DNA from: Byssovorax sp.
GTDB lineage: Bacteria; Myxococcota_A; Polyangia; Polyangiales; Polyangiaceae
Length of the DNA stretch: 36,846 bases
NCBI GenBank assembly: GCA_046351295.1
Contig: JAXLYT010000035.1
Location: 77,452 to 114,297 of the forward strand
Direction of reading: 5' to 3'
Of this stretch, positions 35,517-36,846 are shown piece by piece. The translations under genes and the position numbers were made by a program. Below the pieces are notes generated by a model. That model ran no database searches. It was given only the letters and a program-made list of their open reading frames with translations, and was not told the origin of the DNA. The first letter of the stretch is position 1; every line of letters begins with the position of its first letter.

Positions 35517-36846
35517 CACAGCCCCCAGAACACGGTGAGGGCGGCGTTCTGGTTGGTGATGAAGCCCCGGAGGTAGTCGCGCCACGCGCCGACCTCCCCC
35601 GCGCCGCACTCCCGGCGTGGATCATCCTGGGTCTCGGCGAAGGTGAGCGCGTCGATCTGATCGAACCAGGCGAGCAGCGCCGCCGGATCGATCGCGTCGA
35701 TGAGCGCCTTGACGGCCACCTTGTGATCGGCCGCGCACTGCGGGTCGAGAAAGCAGCCATGGGCGAGCCGGCCGAGCGGGGACGCCCAGCTCATCCCCCA
35801 GTCGGAGTCGTGGAGGAATCCATAGTCGAAGTCCCACGGGACGATCTGGGCCTTGCCGTCCGCCGGGTTGAAGTAGACCCGGTAATTGTTCGTGTTGAGG
35901 GCGTAGCCGTCGTTGTGCCCGACCCATTGCTCGGCGGCGAGCTCGCGGTGGTATTCGGCCCAGTCGAGGAGCGGCGCGACGGTCGCGCCGAACTGCGCGG
36001 TCCCGTAGCTCGCGGAGACGGCGCTCGAGATCGCCTGGATGTCCGCGTGGCCCACGTCCATCCCCTCTTCGAGCTGGAACATGTCGTCGACGCCGTTCGC
36101 GAAGTCGAGGAGCTGGTAATTGTTCCCGCCGAACCACACGTACTTGCCGTCGTAGAGGTTGCCCTTGGGCTCCGGGTAGCTGCGCTTGAGCCAGCGCGAG
36201 TCCGGCGTCTCGACGATCACGTAGAGGCCGTAGTCCGCCCCGTTGACGCTCACCCTGGCGAAGCCCGTCCGCTCGGAGGGGACGCCCGCGAGCGCGAAGA
36301 CGCGGTACGCGAGCGGCTCCTTCAGGTACGAGCAGTCCACCACCTCGTTGTTGAGCGAGAGGGTGTCGAGCCCGTAGAAGCGCTGGTCCTTGACGATCTC
36401 CCCGAACTCGATCTTGAATTTCGGCTTGCCGGCGAGCGTGCGGAACGAGCCGATCTTTCCCCGCAGGCGAACTCCCACCTTGGGGACTTGCATTCCGTCG
36501 AAGACGAAGTCGCCTTGCGCGAACTCGAACGGCGAGGCGTCGAGGGCCGAGACCGACGCCGGAGGGAGGGTGATCTCCACCGTGTGAATGGTCTGGTCGG
36601 AGAAGATCCAGTCGTCGCTCGGCTGGAACCCTCCCGCGTCTTCCTCGGTGGGCGGCGGCCCGCCCGCGTCGAGGTCGCCGCCCGCGCCCGCGCTCGTCGC
36701 GGTGGTCGTCGTGCCGCCGGCTCCGCCGCCGCCCTGCGAGACGCCGGTGGTCCCGGAGGCGCCCCCGCCGCCGGTGGCCGTCGATGTCGTCGATGTCGTC
36801 GAGGTCGTCGATGTCGCCGACGTGACGGACGTGGCCGGCTGGTCTC
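35516..36846 (-). CDS. CotH-like protein; 5' end lies beyond the window
   Basis: The open frame continues upstream of the track's M at 36580 through a Thr/Ser/Gly-rich linker (...TSTTSTTSTATGGGGASGTT...) to the window edge. The body (YRVYFNPADGKAQIVPWDFDYGF, HNDGYALNTNNY) resembles CotH-family atypical kinases, which commonly pair with LTD proteins. Confidence 0.55.
   Translation of the reverse strand, partial: DQPATSVTSATSTTSTTSTTSTATGGGGASGTTGVSQGGGGAGGTTTTATSAGAGGDLDAGGPPPTEEDAGGFQPSDDWIFSDQTIHTVEITLPPASVSALDASPFEFAQGDFVFDGMQVPKVGVRLRGKIGSFRTLAGKPKFKIEFGEIVKDQRFYGLDTLSLNNEVVDCSYLKEPLAYRVFALAGVPSERTGFARVSVNGADYGLYVIVETPDSRWLKRSYPEPKGNLYDGKYVWFGGNNYQLLDFANGVDDMFQLEEGMDVGHADIQAISSAVSASYGTAQFGATVAPLLDWAEYHRELAAEQWVGHNDGYALNTNNYRVYFNPADGKAQIVPWDFDYGFLHDSDWGMSWASPLGRLAHGCFLDPQCAADHKVAVKALIDAIDPAALLAWFDQIDALTFAETQDDPRRECGAGEVGAWRDYLRGFITNQNAALTVFWGL

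Noticed and set aside
34144-35760. 538-aa minus-strand ORF overlapping the LTD gene in another frame
   Set aside because: Arg-rich low-complexity translation. The LTD frame has a signal peptide and domain signature.
1-36846. CRISPR arrays, tRNA or rRNA genes, IS elements or transposases
   Set aside because: No regularly spaced direct repeats, no cloverleaf-like conserved tRNA segments and no DDE or HTH transposase-like ORFs were seen. The only tandem repeats are short codon-level repeats in Ser/Thr/Gly linker regions, e.g. 36780-36840.

Overview
This is a very high-GC window with strong third-position GC bias, typical of Myxococcota. A MYXO-CTERM tail and myxo-type Cys-rich repeats support that origin. 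The left third (1-11.8 kb) is ordinary accessory-type content: a minus-strand operon of Hanks-type Ser/Thr kinase, TPR/membrane partner and Cys-rich secreted protein; two different serine hydrolases; a secreted tetra-heme cytochrome c with a MYXO-CTERM anchor; an LCM/TcmP-like methyltransferase; and a Cys-rich lipoprotein. The centre (11.8-34.3 kb) is one co-directional, tightly packed gene cluster encoding an unusual iterative type I PKS, or PUFA/'secondary-lipid'-synthase-like, system. Gene 1 fuses an FMN-type enoyl reductase (ER) to KS-AT-ACP-KR, preceded by an extra NMO-like half-barrel. Gene 2 (~2,090 aa) has no recognisable function and is translationally coupled to gene 1 through an ATGA overlap. 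Gene 3 is KS, an atypical AT (GVDSS motif), a DH, and a C-terminal AcpS-like PPTase-like domain. These are followed by a discrete ACP, two paralogous alpha/beta hydrolases, a GT1 glycosyltransferase, and a polytopic membrane protein fused to a zinc-ribbon SAM methyltransferase. Four single-base indels in homopolymers interrupt three of these genes; they could be assembly errors or real decay. The right end carries a lamin-tail-domain lipoprotein and a CotH-like gene overlapping by ATGA. No rRNA, tRNA, CRISPR or IS/transposase was recognisable. All functions are inferred from motifs read directly in the translations; no database search was possible.
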